Source: an uncultured Chloroflexia bacterium
GTDB taxonomy: Bacteria > Chloroflexota > Limnocylindria > Limnocylindrales > CSP1-4
DNA: 64,000 nucleotides
Direction: 5' to 3'
Assembly: GCA_963748625.1 (NCBI GenBank)
Contig: CAVVJT010000010.1
Span: 736,001-800,000 of the forward strand
The notes beneath the pieces were generated by a model that worked only from the letters and a program-made list of their open reading frames with translations, was not told the origin of the DNA and searched no databases. Shown here one piece after another: positions 38,865-50,229 of the stretch (position 1 is its first letter; each line of letters starts with the position of its first letter). The translations under genes were made by a program, and so were the position numbers.

Positions 38865-40133
38865 CGGGGCAGCCGCAGGTGCTTGTCGATCCCACGCAGG
38901 TGTCGCCCACTGTGCGACGACGGCCATGCGCAGCCGGTCATCGTGGAACAGCTCGTCAGCGACGCGCAGGATGTCCGTCGGGGGTCACCGCCTCCACGGC
39001 CTCCAGCGCCTGGTCGAGCGTGAGCACCCGCTCGTGGAGCGCCTCCTGGCCGCCGATCCACGACGCCAGGTGGCGCGAGTCGTCCATGCGCAGCTCGAGA
39101 CCGCCCGCGAGGTACGCCTTGGCCTTGGCCAGCTCCTCGGCCGGGACGGGCTCCTCGGCAAGGCGGACCAGCTCGTCCATGATCGCCGCGATCGCCGCGG
39201 GCAGGCGGTCCGGATCCACGCCCGCCGACACCTCCAGGGCGCCCGCGTCGGCGTACTCCACGATCGCCTGACGACACGTCGTACGCGAGGCCCTTCTCCT
39301 CGCGCACATTCAGGAACAGGCGACTCGACATCCCGTCGCCGAGCACCCCGTTGAGCACGGCCAGGCTCCAGGCGTCGGGATGGTCGCGCCGGAGCGCGGG
39401 GACGGCGATCGAGAGCTGGGCCTGGGTCGTGTCGCGACGGCCCGTGAGCACGCGTGGGCCGGCGGGCAGTCATCGGCGCGGGCTCGAACGCGGGAGCCCG
39501 GCCGGAGCCGGAACCGAACGCCTTCGCCACAAGCTCGACCGCCTCGTCGTGGCCGATGTCGCCCGCGACCGCCACGACGGTGTTCGCCGGGCGGTACATG
39601 GCGCTCCAGAACTCCCGGATCGGCGCTGCGGGCAGCGCCCGGATACCAGCTTCCTCGCCGCAGATCTCGCGGCCGAGCGGCCCGTCGCCGAAGAGCGCCT
39701 GCCCGATCAGGATCTGGCAGTACTCGGCCGGATCGTCGAGGTAGGAGCGGATCTCCTCGACGATCACCGTCCGCTCCTGGTCGATGTCGGCCTCGGCCAG
39801 CGTGGGCCGCACGACCAGCTCGCCCATGACGTCGATCGCCTTGGCTGCCTGGCGGCGCGGGACACGCGCCCAGTAGACCGTGGACTCGCGATCCGTGGCC
39901 GCGTTGGCGGAGCCGCCGACACCCTCGACCGCCTCGCTGATCGCCCGGCTCGACGGATAGCCGGCCGTCCCCTTGAACGTGAGGTGCTCCATGAAGTGCG
40001 CGACGCCGGCCTCGGCGGGCGATTCCAGGCGGGAGCCGGCCAGCACGTACGCAGCCACCGACACGCTGCGCGACCCGGGCAGGCGGGCGGAGATGACACG
40101 CGGCCCATCGGGCAGTTCGGTGCGTTGGAACAT
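38861..40133 (-). CDS. M16 (pitrilysin-like) zinc peptidase (frameshifts ~39470, ~39270, ~38980)
   Basis: Motifs GVAHFMEHLTFKGT (HxxEH), ERTVIVEEI and LGDGMSSRLFLNVREEKGLAYDV. Confidence 0.9.
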
Positions 40134-40290
40134 CGCCCGATGGTAGCCCGTCCGGACGTCGGGCCGCGCCGCCCGGGTCCGATGCAAGGCCTGCCCGCGT
40201 ACCGGGCCCACCGGCGTCGCGCCTCCCGCGTACCGGGCACTGCGTGCAGGATCCTGCGTGACCTGCCCCCCACCGTCCCGGGCCGCTGAG

Positions 40291-40480
40291 CCGGGGCCGG
40301 ATCCCATTCCTGGGCGGATGGAATCGCCGATCTATCCGCGGAGGGATGGAATCCGTGGAGTCCGTGCAGGGCCCGGAGCCTGAACCCGGGGTTCGGTGCG
40401 TGAGCTCTGCACGGCCGGGGCGGATCTCATCCTCACGGGGATTGTTGGCCGAACCCATTCGCGCAGGGATGAATCCAGGG
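40291..40480 (-). repeat. ~190-bp palindromic intergenic element, copy 1
   Basis: The reverse complement aligns end to end with 61791-61980 at roughly 80% identity (manual alignment). Confidence 0.88.
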
Positions 40481-40527
40481 AACTATCCGCGTGGAGATGA
40501 CACCGGCCGGCCGCTGGGCGGCACGGC

Positions 40528-40615
40528 GCGGGGACCAGGGGTGTGAGGGGCCAAGGGCGCTGGGGCCAGAAGGACGAGGAGGGCGGGGACCAGGGGTGTC
40601 AAGGGCCAAGGGCGC
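40528..40615 (+). repeat. G-rich 33-bp direct repeat (two copies)
   Basis: GCGGGGACCAGGGGTGT(GAG/CAA)GGGCCAAGGGCGC at 40528 and 40583, 31/33 identical, separated by 22 bp. Confidence 0.85.
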
Positions 40616-40817
40616 GATGGCCCCCGTTCCGCCCCCCAACTGCCCCCATTTCGAACCCGGACGCCCCCGATTCGACCCCCGGCGCGTGCGCGCGCGACCC
40701 GTTGGGACACCCCTGCGCGCCCTAGAATGACGGCCTCACCACGATGGTCGGCGCCGGTCCGTGACTGCCAGCCTGACGTGGGCGATATCGCGTCCCGCGC
40801 AAGGAGGAGCTCTATCG

Positions 40818-42080
40818 ATGGTAGGTCGGACTGGTCGGATCCTGGCGTTGCTGACGGCCGGGACGTGGTGCTTGCGGGCTGCGGCGGGGCGGCATCGAGC
40901 CCGGTGGCCTCGGCGCCCGCTCGGCATCCGCCTCGGGCTGCACGACGGGTGCTGCGTCGGGGACGGAGATCCCGGAGATCGAGGAGGGCAAGTTCAACGT
41001 CGCCATGGTCCTCATCGGACCCCATGACGACGGCGGCTGGAGCCAGGCCCACTACGAGGGCCTCCAGTACGTGTGCGAGAACGTCGATGGCACGCACGTC
41101 GCGTACATCGAGAACGTCCCCGAGGGCGCCGACTCCGAGCAGACCTTCCGGTCGCTCGCGCGCAAGGGCTTCGACTTCATCGTCGGCACCTCGTTCGGCT
41201 ACATGGACCCGATGGAGACGGTCGCCGGGAGTTCCCGGACACGACCTTCCTGCACCTGACCGGGTACAAGAGCAACGGCAAGAACTTCGGCAACTTCTTC
41301 GGCGCGATCGAGACCATGAAGTACCTCGCCGGCATGGTCGCCGGCTCGCGCGCGAAGGCCGACGGCAACCCGAAGATCGGGTACATGGCGACCTTCCCGA
41401 TCCCGGAGGAGCTCCGCCTGGGCAACGCGATCATGCGCGGCGTCCAGGTGACCTGCCCCGAGTGCACGATGGACGTCGTGTTCATCAACACCTGGCACGA
41501 CCCGATCAAGGAGAAGGCCGGCGCCACCGCCCTGTTCGACAACGGCGCGCAGGTCGTCTTCACCGGCGCTGACACCGGTGCTGTCGCCGACGTCGCCCAG
41601 GAGAAGGGCAAGTGGGGCATCACGTACGACCACCCGGCCTCCTGCAAGGTGGACGCCTGCCTGACCGCCCCCTACTGGATCTGGGGCCCGGAGTACGCCA
41701 GGATCGCCGAGAAGGTCAAGGCCGGCACCTACACCGCCGGCTACGAGTACTTCGACGCCGATGCCGGCGCCATGGGCCTGCTGGGCTTCATGGACGGCGA
41801 GACGCTGCGCAAGGGCGTGGCCAGCCTGCCGGAGGCCGACCTGAAGCTGGTGAAGGACACGCTCGCGACGATGCTCAAGAGCGGCACCGGGCGATTCGAC
41901 ATCGTGTTCCCCGGGCCGATCGTGGACAACACCGGCAAGACCCTGCTCGCCGCCGGCGAGAAGCTCAAGCAGTCGGACCTCGACCAGTTCCCGCCCGGCG
42001 CCCCCGGCGCCGAGTGCACCACCTGCATGTACTGGTGGAACGACGGCATCACCGCCGAGCTGCCGGCACTCGGCAACTAG
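40818..42080 (+). CDS. BMP-family (purine nucleoside) ABC substrate-binding lipoprotein (frameshifted)
   Basis: RBS AAGGAGG and lipobox-like LAGC. Motifs GPHDDGGWSQAHYEG, GTSFGYMD, YLAGMVAG and FINTWHDP. Frame breaks occur in the N-terminal linker and at ~41228. Confidence 0.85.
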
Positions 42081-42116
42081 GCCCAGCCCACGACGATGCC
42101 GGAGGGTGACGAGCAC

Positions 42117-43735
42117 ATGGCTGCCGCGCCCTCCGACCTCGACACCGACCACGTGAACGACAGCGGACGGCCGGCCCTCGACGAGGTGCCGGCCGTCGAG
42201 CTGCGCGGGATCGTCAAGCGGTTCCCGGGCGTCGTCGCCAATGACGACGTCGACTTCCGCCTCAACCGGGGCGAGGTGCATGCGCTCCTCGGCGAGAACG
42301 GCGCCGGGAAGAGCACCCTCATGAACATCCTCGATGGGCTCTACCAGCCCGATGCCGGGGAGATCCTGATCGACGGCGTGCCCGTCGCCTTCCGCTCCCC
42401 GCGCGACGCGATCGCCGCGGGTCTGGGCATGGTCCACCAGCACTTCACGCTGGTCGAGTCGATGACCGTCACCGAGAACATCCTCATCGGTCTCGACAAG
42501 CCCCGGCTCCGGCTGGACCTGAAGCGCAAGGAGGCCGGAGATCGCCGCGCTGGCCGAGGCCAACGGCCTGCATGTCCAGCCGGGCGCCAAGATCTGGCAG
42601 CTGTCGGTGGGCGAGCGCCAGCGGGTGGAGATCCTCAAGGTCCTCTACCGCGGGGCCCGCGTCCTGATCATGGACGAGCCCACCGCGGTCCTGGCGCCCC
42701 AGGAGATCGACGACCTGTTCCGGACCATGCGCTCGATGACGGCCTGCCGGCCGCAGCATCGTGTTCATCAGCCACAAGCTGGGCGAGGTGCTCGCGATCG
42801 CCGACACCGTCACGGTCATGCGCCGCGGACGGTGACGGCCAAGGGCCTGCCCGCTGCCGGGATGACGAAGCCCCAGCTCGCGCAGCTGATGGTCGGACGC
42901 GAGGTGCTCGGCAGCCACGAGCGGACCTGGCTGCCGCCGGGTGAGGTGGTCCTCTCCCTGGAGAACGTGCGAGGCGGACGGCGACAAGGGCGTGCCCGCC
43001 CTGCGGGGCGTGTCACTGGAGGTCCGCTCGGGCGAGATCCTGGGTATCGCGGCGGTCGCCGGCAACGGCCAGAGCGAGCTGGCCGAGGTGATCTGCGGTC
43101 TTCGGCCCTGCCGGGGTCGGATCATGGTGAGCGGCGACGATCTCGCGAACCGGCCCGTCCGCAAGGTGATCCAGCACGGCGTGGCACATGTCCCGGAGGA
43201 CCGGACCGGCGTTGGCACGGCGCCCAACCTCTCGCTCGTGGACAACCTGATCATGAAGCGCTACCGGCAGAAGCCGATCGCGCACGGATGGTCGATCGAC
43301 ATGGGTGCGGCCCGCGCCACCGCCACGGACCTCAAGGCCAGCTACGAGATCAGCGCCCCGTCCATCGACACCGAGGCCCGCCTGCTCTCGGGCGGCAACA
43401 TCCAGCGCCTGATCCTGGCCCGCGAGATCGAGTCCGAGCCGCGGCTGATGATCGCGGTCCAACCGACGCGGGGCCTGGACGTCGGCGCGGTCGAGTCCGC
43501 GCACCGCCTCCTCATGGAGCGCCGCTCAGCGGGCGCCGCCATCCTGCTGATCTCCGAGGACCTCGACGAGGTGCTGGCCATGGCCGACCGGGTCGCCGTC
43601 ATGTTCGAGGGGCGGATCGTCGGCATCGAGGATGCCGCAGCTGCCGACATCGGCCGCATCGGCCTGCTGATGACCGGCGGAACACCCGATGACCGGCCCG
43701 CCGGTGACGACGCGGGCGCAGGAGGCGGGGCGTGA
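42117..43735 (+). CDS. Nucleoside/sugar ABC ATP-binding protein, two NBDs (several frameshifts)
   Basis: Motifs [46 protein letters not shown] and QPTRGLD are spread over alternating frames. Confidence 0.88.
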
Positions 43736-44940
43736 GCGCGAGTCCGGTCCGGCCGTCCCGCCGCGGGCTCCCCTGGACCCTGCGCCTGGAGCCACGGCTG
43801 GAGACACCGCCGCTGGCTGTCGCCTGCGCTCACGATCGGCGCGCTCGTCGTGGCGCTCCTGATCTCGGCCCTGATCCTGGCCATCGTCGGCGCCAACCCG
43901 GTCAAGGTCTACCTGCACATCGTCGAGCTCATCGCTCGGCAGCCCCGGCGCCATCAGCGACACGCTCGTCAAGGCAACGCCGCTCATCCTGACGGGCCTC
44001 GCCTGTGCGCTCGCGTTCCGCATGCGGCTGTGGAACATCGGCGCAGAGGGCCAGCTCCTCCTGGGCGCCTGGGCGGCGAGCACCGTGGTCCTCGTGCCGC
44101 TGCTGCCGGTCGGCACCCCGGCCGTGATCGTCCTCCCGGTGATGCTCGTGGCGGGCTTCCTGGGCGGCGCCTTCTGGGGCCTGATCCCGGGCTTCCTGCG
44201 CAGCCGGTTCGGGGTCAACGAGATCATCGCCACGCTGATGCTCAACAGCATCGCGTTCGCCTGGATCCAGTACTGGGTCTTCGGCCCGTGGACCGAGGGT
44301 GGCTTCCAGATGTCCGCCCAGTTCCCGCCCGAGGCCTGGCTGCCCCGCCTCTCCGACCTCGCCGAGGCCGCCCCGGTGTTCCGTGGCCTTACCGTCCATG
44401 CCGGGTTCCTGGTCGCCGTGGCCGCGGCCGTCGTCGTCTGGTTCATCGTCGAGCGCAGCGCGTGGGGCTACGAGATCCGGCTGATCGGCGACAACCCGCG
44501 GGCGGCCCGCTACGCCGGCGTCCGGATCGCGCGCAACATCCTGCTCGTGTTCGCGGTCTCGGGCGGCCTCGCGGGTATCGCCGGCATGACCGAGGTCGCA
44601 GGCGTCGTGCACCGCCTCCAGGACAACTTCTCGCCGGGCTACGGGTATACCGCGATCATCGTCGCGTACCTCGCCAAGTTCCATCCGCTGCGGGTGGTGC
44701 CGGTGGCGATCCTGTTCGGGGCGCTGCATCCTGGCCGGGCGCGAGATCCAGCCCTCGGGCGTCCCCGCGATGATCCAGGGGATCATCCTGTTCTGCCTGA
44801 TCGCGAGCGAGGTCTTCCTGCGCTACCGCGTCGGCATCGTGCGCCGCCTGCCCGTCGGCCGTGCCTCCAGCACCCCCACGGGCACCCCCGGCTCCCCGGC
44901 CGCTCCCAGCGCTCCCAGCGCCCCCGGCGGGGAGGGCTAG
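43732..44940 (+). CDS. Nucleoside ABC permease 1 (frameshifted)
   Basis: Motifs WNIGAEGQ, GVNEIIATLMLN, GDNPRAARYAG and GYGYTAIIVA. Confidence 0.87.
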
Positions 44941-44943
44941 CGC

Positions 44944-45913
44944 GTGGACCTGCAGCTGATCATGGCGGCCGGCATCGCGGTGGGCACGATCCTGCTGTTC
45001 GCCGCCCTGGGTGAGATCCTGGCCGAGCGGTCCGGCGTCCTCAACCTCGGCGTCGAGGGCATGATGCTGATCGGCGCGGTCGTCGGCTACGCGACCGCGG
45101 TGTCCACCGGCAACGCGTGGCTGGGCGTTGTCCTGGCGATGCTGGCCGGCGGTGCACTGAGCCTCCTGCACGCGCTCGTGACGATCACCTTCCGCGCCGA
45201 CCAGGTGGTGTCGGGCCTGGCGCTGACGTTCCTGGGCACGGGCCTCGCGCGCGTCCTCGGGCGAGGGCCTGAGCAACGCCGGCTCGATCGCGCTGCTGCC
45301 GCGCTTCTCGATCCCGGGCCTGTCCGCGATCCCGGTGCTGGGGCCGATCGCGTTCACCGAGCAGAGCATCCTGGTCTACGTTGGCTACCTGCTGGTGCCG
45401 GCGGTCTGGTACTGGATCAACCACACGCGCCCGGGGCTCAACCTGCGGGCGGTGGGCGAGGAGCCCGCGGCGGCCGACGCGCTGGGCGTGAACGTGTACG
45501 CGACGCGCTATCGCTACGTCTTCGTGGGCGGGCTGCTGGCAGGCCTCGCGGGGGCCACCATCACGCTGGCGATCCAGCCCGGCTGGTTCGGCGACCTCAC
45601 GGTCAACGAGCGCGGCTGGATCGCGATCGGCCTCGTGATCTTCGCCCAGTGGTCGCCGTTCCGGGCGGCGTTCGGGGCGTTCCTGTTCGGCTCCGTCGTG
45701 CAGCTCACCCTGTCGATGCAGCTGCCGCCCACGATCCTGGGTTTCGCGAACCCATTCTTCCAATACCACGCGAACACGTTCTTCCTGGAGATGCTCCCGT
45801 ACGCGCTGGTGCTGCTGGCACTCGTGCTGGGCTCGCGTGAGGCGATGCGCAAGCGTCTCGGTGCGCCGGCGGCACTGGGCATCCCGTACGTCCGGGGCGA
45901 GCGCGGGCGGTAG
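44944..45913 (+). CDS. Nucleoside ABC permease 2 (frameshift ~45260)
   Basis: Motifs ERSGVLNLGVEGMML, GLNLRAVGE, RGWIAIGLVIF, MLPY and PAALGIPY. Confidence 0.88.
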
Positions 45914-46035
45914 GCGCCCGTCGACGCGACGGACGGCAGCACCGAGCGCCGGCCCGTCGGCGTGCGCGACCCGGTCCGCGACCGGTGGTGGCGCGACGCG
46001 ATCGGCCTGCGCTCCACGCGGCCGACGGGTTGCGC

Positions 46036-46473
46036 CTACTCCTCGGCAGGCTCGTCGGTCAGCAGCTCCATCTGGACGAAGCCCATCGCGAGCTCCAGCC
46101 GCCGTGGCGTCACCCGGCCTGCCGCGCCGTCGGCGTCGTCGCCGGTGCCCGGCACGTACTCCAGCACCACCCGCTCGTCGGCCTGGACGAGCGTGTAGAC
46201 GAGGAGCTGGTCAGGCCGCGTCTCGAACTCCAGGTGCTCGAAGGAGTCCACGTTGATCGTGATCGCGATCGGCGTGAAGTAGGTGGACATCTCGGGCTCG
46301 TCGGCCACGATCCGCTCCACCCAGCCACTGCCCGACGAGATGAGCTCGCGACCACGGTAGAAGCTGTACGCGACGGTCTGGTGCACGACCGGGCGCAGCA
46401 GATGCTGCATGTCGGTCGAACTGGTCACGAGACCCTGGTTGACGAAGAACTTGGCCGGCGGATCGGTCGCCAC
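46036..46473 (-). CDS. Conserved-looking hypothetical protein
   Basis: 145 aa with balanced globular composition and GC3-rich codons. Confidence 0.7.
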   Translation of the reverse strand: MATDPPAKFFVNQGLVTSSTDMQHLLRPVVHQTVAYSFYRGRELISSGSGWVERIVADEPEMSTYFTPIAITINVDSFEHLEFETRPDQLLVYTLVQADERVVLEYVPGTGDDADGAAGRVTPRRLELAMGFVQMELLTDEPAEE

Positions 46474-46604
46474 GGAGTACGGCTGCCTCTGGATCGACGG
46501 GCGGGTGGGGGCGGGGTGCGATCGTAGCGGACCCTGGCCTTGACGCGTGCCCGGCTGACGCGGAGTATGGCGTCCGAGCAGCCACCATTCCGAGGAGGGC
46601 CGGC

Positions 46605-47045
46605 ATGCGCCGACAGGTCATCGTGGCCGTCACGGCCGTCGTGCTGCTCTGTGCCTGCTCGGCTCCGGTCGCCACACCGGCTGCCTCCATCGCGCCGAGC
46701 AACCCGGCGCCGACCCCTGGCGGTCCCCCACCCCAGGTGACGGGCTCGGTCACGGCGGGACCGGTCTGTCCGGTCGAGCAGAACCCGCCGGACCCGGCCT
46801 GCGCACCGCGACCGGTCGAGGGAGCCGTGATCGTCGCAACCGGCGGCGACGGCGCTGAGGTGGCCCGCGCCACGAGCGATGCCGATGGTGCCTACGTCAT
46901 GGACATCGGCCAGACCGGCACCATCCTGCTGACGGCCCAACCGGTCGAGGGGTTGATGGGCGTGCCCGAGCCGGTGACCGTCGAGCTGACCGAGCCGGGC
47001 CAGGTGGTCCGAGTCGACCTGGGGTACGACACCGGCATCCGCTGA
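46605..47045 (+). CDS. Lipoprotein with carboxypeptidase-regulatory-like beta-sandwich domain
   Basis: RBS GGAGG, lipobox LCAC, AGPVCPVE..CAPRP, SDADGAY and YDTGIR. Confidence 0.75.
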   Translation: MRRQVIVAVTAVVLLCACSAPVATPAASIAPSNPAPTPGGPPPQVTGSVTAGPVCPVEQNPPDPACAPRPVEGAVIVATGGDGAEVARATSDADGAYVMDIGQTGTILLTAQPVEGLMGVPEPVTVELTEPGQVVRVDLGYDTGIR

Positions 47046-47122
47046 ACGGGCTCGACGGCCCTCCACGCGCCCGCGAACACCCAAGCATCTGCTGCGCGCG
47101 CCCGCCCGCGTAGACTTGGCCC

Positions 47123-47932
47123 ATGCTGCTCGCGATCGATATCGGCAACACCAACGTCACCCTCGGCCTCGTCGAGGACGGGGTCATCACCGGCACCCGC
47201 CGCCACGGCACACATGGCGCGTCCACCACTGATGAGCTTGAGCTCCTGCTCGACGGCCTCCTGGGCCTGGACGGGCGGAGCCTGGACGCCGTGGACGCGA
47301 TGGCTCTCGTCTCGGTCGTCCCCGGCCAGACCGCCATGTTCGAGCAGGTCGCAGACCGACGCGGCATCCCCATCGTCGTCGCGGGCGCGGGCACGGTGCC
47401 GATCGCCATCCGCATCGACCGCCCCGGCGAGGCCGGCCCCGACCGCCTGGTCAACGCCCTCGCGGCCAAGCGCCTCTACGGCGCGCCGGCCGTCGTCGTG
47501 GACATGGGCACGGCGACCACGTTCGACTGCGTCGGCCCCGATGGCGCGTTCCTCGGCGGCGCGATCGCCCCGGGCCTCAAGCTGGGTCTCGAGGCGCTCG
47601 CCGGGAACACGGCCCGGCTGCCCCGGATCGAGCTGCGCACTCCAGACCGCGCGATCGGCCGCGACACCGTCAGCGCCATGCAGAGCGGCACCGTCTTCGG
47701 CTACCAGGGCCTGGTCAATGGACTCCTCCAGCGGATCCGCCGCGAGCTCGCCGAGATGACGGGCGCGGCACCGGACACCGTCCACGGCATCCTCACCGGC
47801 GGCCTCGCCAACGAGCCATGGGCGCGCGACATCGAGGGCGTGTCCGTCATCGACCCGGACCTCACGCTCAAGGGCCTCGCCATCCTCTACGCCGAGGTTG
47901 CAGGCGGGCAGCCGCTGGCGGGAACACGATGA
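47123..47932 (+). CDS. coaX: Type III pantothenate kinase
   Basis: Motifs LAIDIGNTN, GPDRLVN, VVDMGTATTFD and GGAIAPG. Confidence 0.96.
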   Translation: MLLAIDIGNTNVTLGLVEDGVITGTRRHGTHGASTTDELELLLDGLLGLDGRSLDAVDAMALVSVVPGQTAMFEQVADRRGIPIVVAGAGTVPIAIRIDRPGEAGPDRLVNALAAKRLYGAPAVVVDMGTATTFDCVGPDGAFLGGAIAPGLKLGLEALAGNTARLPRIELRTPDRAIGRDTVSAMQSGTVFGYQGLVNGLLQRIRRELAEMTGAAPDTVHGILTGGLANEPWARDIEGVSVIDPDLTLKGLAILYAEVAGGQPLAGTR

Positions 47933-49278
47933 GCGGCCCGGACAGCACACCCGGGAGCGGCCGCCTCCAGGGCCGCCTCATCGGCCTCGGCGTGTGCGGC
48001 TCCATCGCCGCCTACAAGGCCGTCGAGCTGCTGCGCCTCCTGCGCATGGAAGGCGCCGACGTCGTTGCGATGCTCACGCCGGCCGCCGCCACTTTCGTCG
48101 GACCCCTCACGTTCGGCGCCCTGTCCCGCCATCCCGTCGAGACGGACGTCCTGGGCCTCCTGCCGGACCAGCGCATCGGCCACATCGTCGTCGCCGACGC
48201 CGCCGACGCGATCGTCATCGCCCCGGCCACCGCCCGCTGGCTGGGCGCGATGGCCAACGGCATCGCCAACGACGTGGTCACCGCCACCTGTCTCGCCTCA
48301 TCCGCCCCGATCGTCTTCTGTCCGGCCATGGACGGCGACATGTGGACCCACCGCGCCACCCAGGACAACGCCACCCGCCTCCAGCGCGACTTCGGCTACC
48401 GCATGGTCCCGCCCGAGCTCGGGTCGCTCGCCAGCGGCCAGGAGGGTATCGGCCGACTCGCGGACCTGGGCGTGATCGTGGACGCCATCGTCGAGGCCAT
48501 CGGCGACAGCCCCGTCCGCCAGCCCGACGCCGCCGCCCGGCCACCCCTCGCTGCCCCGCACGTGGAGCAGGACCTCGCGGGTCGCCAGATCGTCGTGAGT
48601 GCCGGCGGCACCGCGGAGGCCATCGATCCAGTCCGCTTCATCGGCAACCGCAGCACCGGCAGGATGGGCGCCGCCATCGCCGAGGCCGCCATCGCCCGGG
48701 GCGCCCGCGTCACCATTGTGGCCGGCCGCACGGAGGTCCCGCTGCCGGCCGCCGCCCGCATCATCCCGGCCGAGTCGACCGCGGCCATGCGCGACGCGGT
48801 CTTCGCCACAGTCATCGAGTCACCTGCCGACGTCCTCGTCATGGCCGCCGCCGTCGCGGACTTCCGGCCGCGCCAGGCCGCCGGCACCAAGCTCACCCGC
48901 GACGCCGGCATGACCCTGGAGTTGGAGCCCACCGAGGACATCCTGGCCGAGGTCGGAGTCCGCGCCCGGGAACTTGATCCGCGCCCCGTCATCGTCGGCT
49001 TCGCCGCGGAGACCGGCTCCCTGGACCGCGCACCGGACAAGCTCCGCCGGAAGGGCGCCGACCTCCTCGTCGCCAACGACGTCGCCGAGGCAGGCTCGGG
49101 GTTCGGCACCGACACCAATCGCGTCGTGATCCTTGGCGCGGATGGGTCGCGCGACGACCTGCCGCTCATGAGCAAGCGAGCGGTGGCCGACCACCTGCTC
49201 GACCGGGTGGTCGCACTGTTGGACGTACGCGACGGCCGGGCGCACACTGGCGGTCCCATGCACGAGAACGATCGATGA
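47929..49278 (+). CDS. coaBC: Phosphopantothenoylcysteine decarboxylase/ligase
   Basis: Motifs GSIAAYK, IAPAT, PAM, AIDPVRFIGNRSTG, AAAVADF and GFAAET. Confidence 0.96.
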   Translation: MSGPDSTPGSGRLQGRLIGLGVCGSIAAYKAVELLRLLRMEGADVVAMLTPAAATFVGPLTFGALSRHPVETDVLGLLPDQRIGHIVVADAADAIVIAPATARWLGAMANGIANDVVTATCLASSAPIVFCPAMDGDMWTHRATQDNATRLQRDFGYRMVPPELGSLASGQEGIGRLADLGVIVDAIVEAIGDSPVRQPDAAARPPLAAPHVEQDLAGRQIVVSAGGTAEAIDPVRFIGNRSTGRMGAAIAEAAIARGARVTIVAGRTEVPLPAAARIIPAESTAAMRDAVFATVIESPADVLVMAAAVADFRPRQAAGTKLTRDAGMTLELEPTEDILAEVGVRARELDPRPVIVGFAAETGSLDRAPDKLRRKGADLLVANDVAEAGSGFGTDTNRVVILGADGSRDDLPLMSKRAVADHLLDRVVALLDVRDGRAHTGGPMHENDR

Positions 49279-50192
49279 GCGCCCAGAACGAGACCGTCCG
49301 CCGCCTGTCCGTGGTGGACATCGCCAGGCTCTACGGCGACGGCGCCCGGATCGCGACGATCACGGCCTACGACTACCCGACCGCCATGCTGGTGGACGAG
49401 GCCGGCATCCCGCTCATCCTGGTCGGCGACTCGCTGGGCCAGGTGATGTTGGGCTACGACACCACCGTCCGCGTCTCGATGGACGAGATGCTCCACCACA
49501 CGAAGGCGGTGGTGCGCGGATCGAAGCGTGCGCTGGTCGTCGCGGACATGCCCTTCCTGACCTACACGAACCCGGACGAGGCGATCCACAACGCAGGCCG
49601 CTTCCTGCGCGACGCGGGCGCCCAGGCGGTCAAGGTCGAGGGCGGCGTGCGCTCCGCCAGGACGATCGAGGCGCTGGTCAAGGCCGGCATCCCCGTGATG
49701 GGGCACATCGGCCTGACGCCCCAGGCGATCAATGCGATCGGCCGGGTCCGGGTGCAGGGCAAGAACCGCGAGCAGGCACGCTCGCTGCTCGGCGATGCGC
49801 TGGCGGTCCAGGAGGCTGGTGCGTTCTCCGTCGTGCTGGAGCTGGTGCCCGGGCAGCTCGCCCAGGCGATCACGGACCGCCTGCACATCCCGACGATCGG
49901 GATCGGGGCGGGCGCCGGATGCTCCGGGCAGATCCAGGTCATCACCGACATCCTCGGTTTGACGGACTGGACGCCGAAGCACGCCCGCAAGTACGCGGAC
50001 CTGCGCGGGACGATCCTCGGGGCACTGGGCGGCTACAAGGCCGACGTCGAGACGGGCGCCTTCCCGGGCGCGGCCGAGACCGTGCTGATGGAGGCCACCG
50101 TGCTCGACGAGGTGCTGGGCCGGACCCCCGAGGACCAGGCGGGCGACTTCATCGCAGGCCTCGGCGGCATCCCGCTCGACCGCGACCTCTAG
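49275..50192 (+). CDS. panB: 3-methyl-2-oxobutanoate hydroxymethyltransferase
   Basis: Motifs TAYDY, LVGDSLG, VADMPF, VKVEGG, GHIGLTPQ and IGIGAG. Confidence 0.96.
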   Translation: MSAQNETVRRLSVVDIARLYGDGARIATITAYDYPTAMLVDEAGIPLILVGDSLGQVMLGYDTTVRVSMDEMLHHTKAVVRGSKRALVVADMPFLTYTNPDEAIHNAGRFLRDAGAQAVKVEGGVRSARTIEALVKAGIPVMGHIGLTPQAINAIGRVRVQGKNREQARSLLGDALAVQEAGAFSVVLELVPGQLAQAITDRLHIPTIGIGAGAGCSGQIQVITDILGLTDWTPKHARKYADLRGTILGALGGYKADVETGAFPGAAETVLMEATVLDEVLGRTPEDQAGDFIAGLGGIPLDRDL

Positions 50193-50229
50193 GCCGGACC
50201 GCCCGCGAGGCCTGGGACCGACGCCGCCG

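Noticed and set aside
40291-40458. Conserved peptide (..DEIRPGRAE..HRTPGSGS.PCTD..) encoded by the dispersed repeat
   Set aside because: The similarity follows from DNA identity. The copies share no start, stop or RBS, and the palindromic structure explains the conservation better.
40528-40615. Mini CRISPR array
   Set aside because: Only two non-palindromic G-rich copies with a G-rich 22-bp spacer, and no cas genes.
40755-40800. ZTP (pfl) riboswitch suggested by GGTCCGTGACTG
   Set aside because: The following GCG and the 3' GCCCGCCTGGGC pseudoknot partner are absent.
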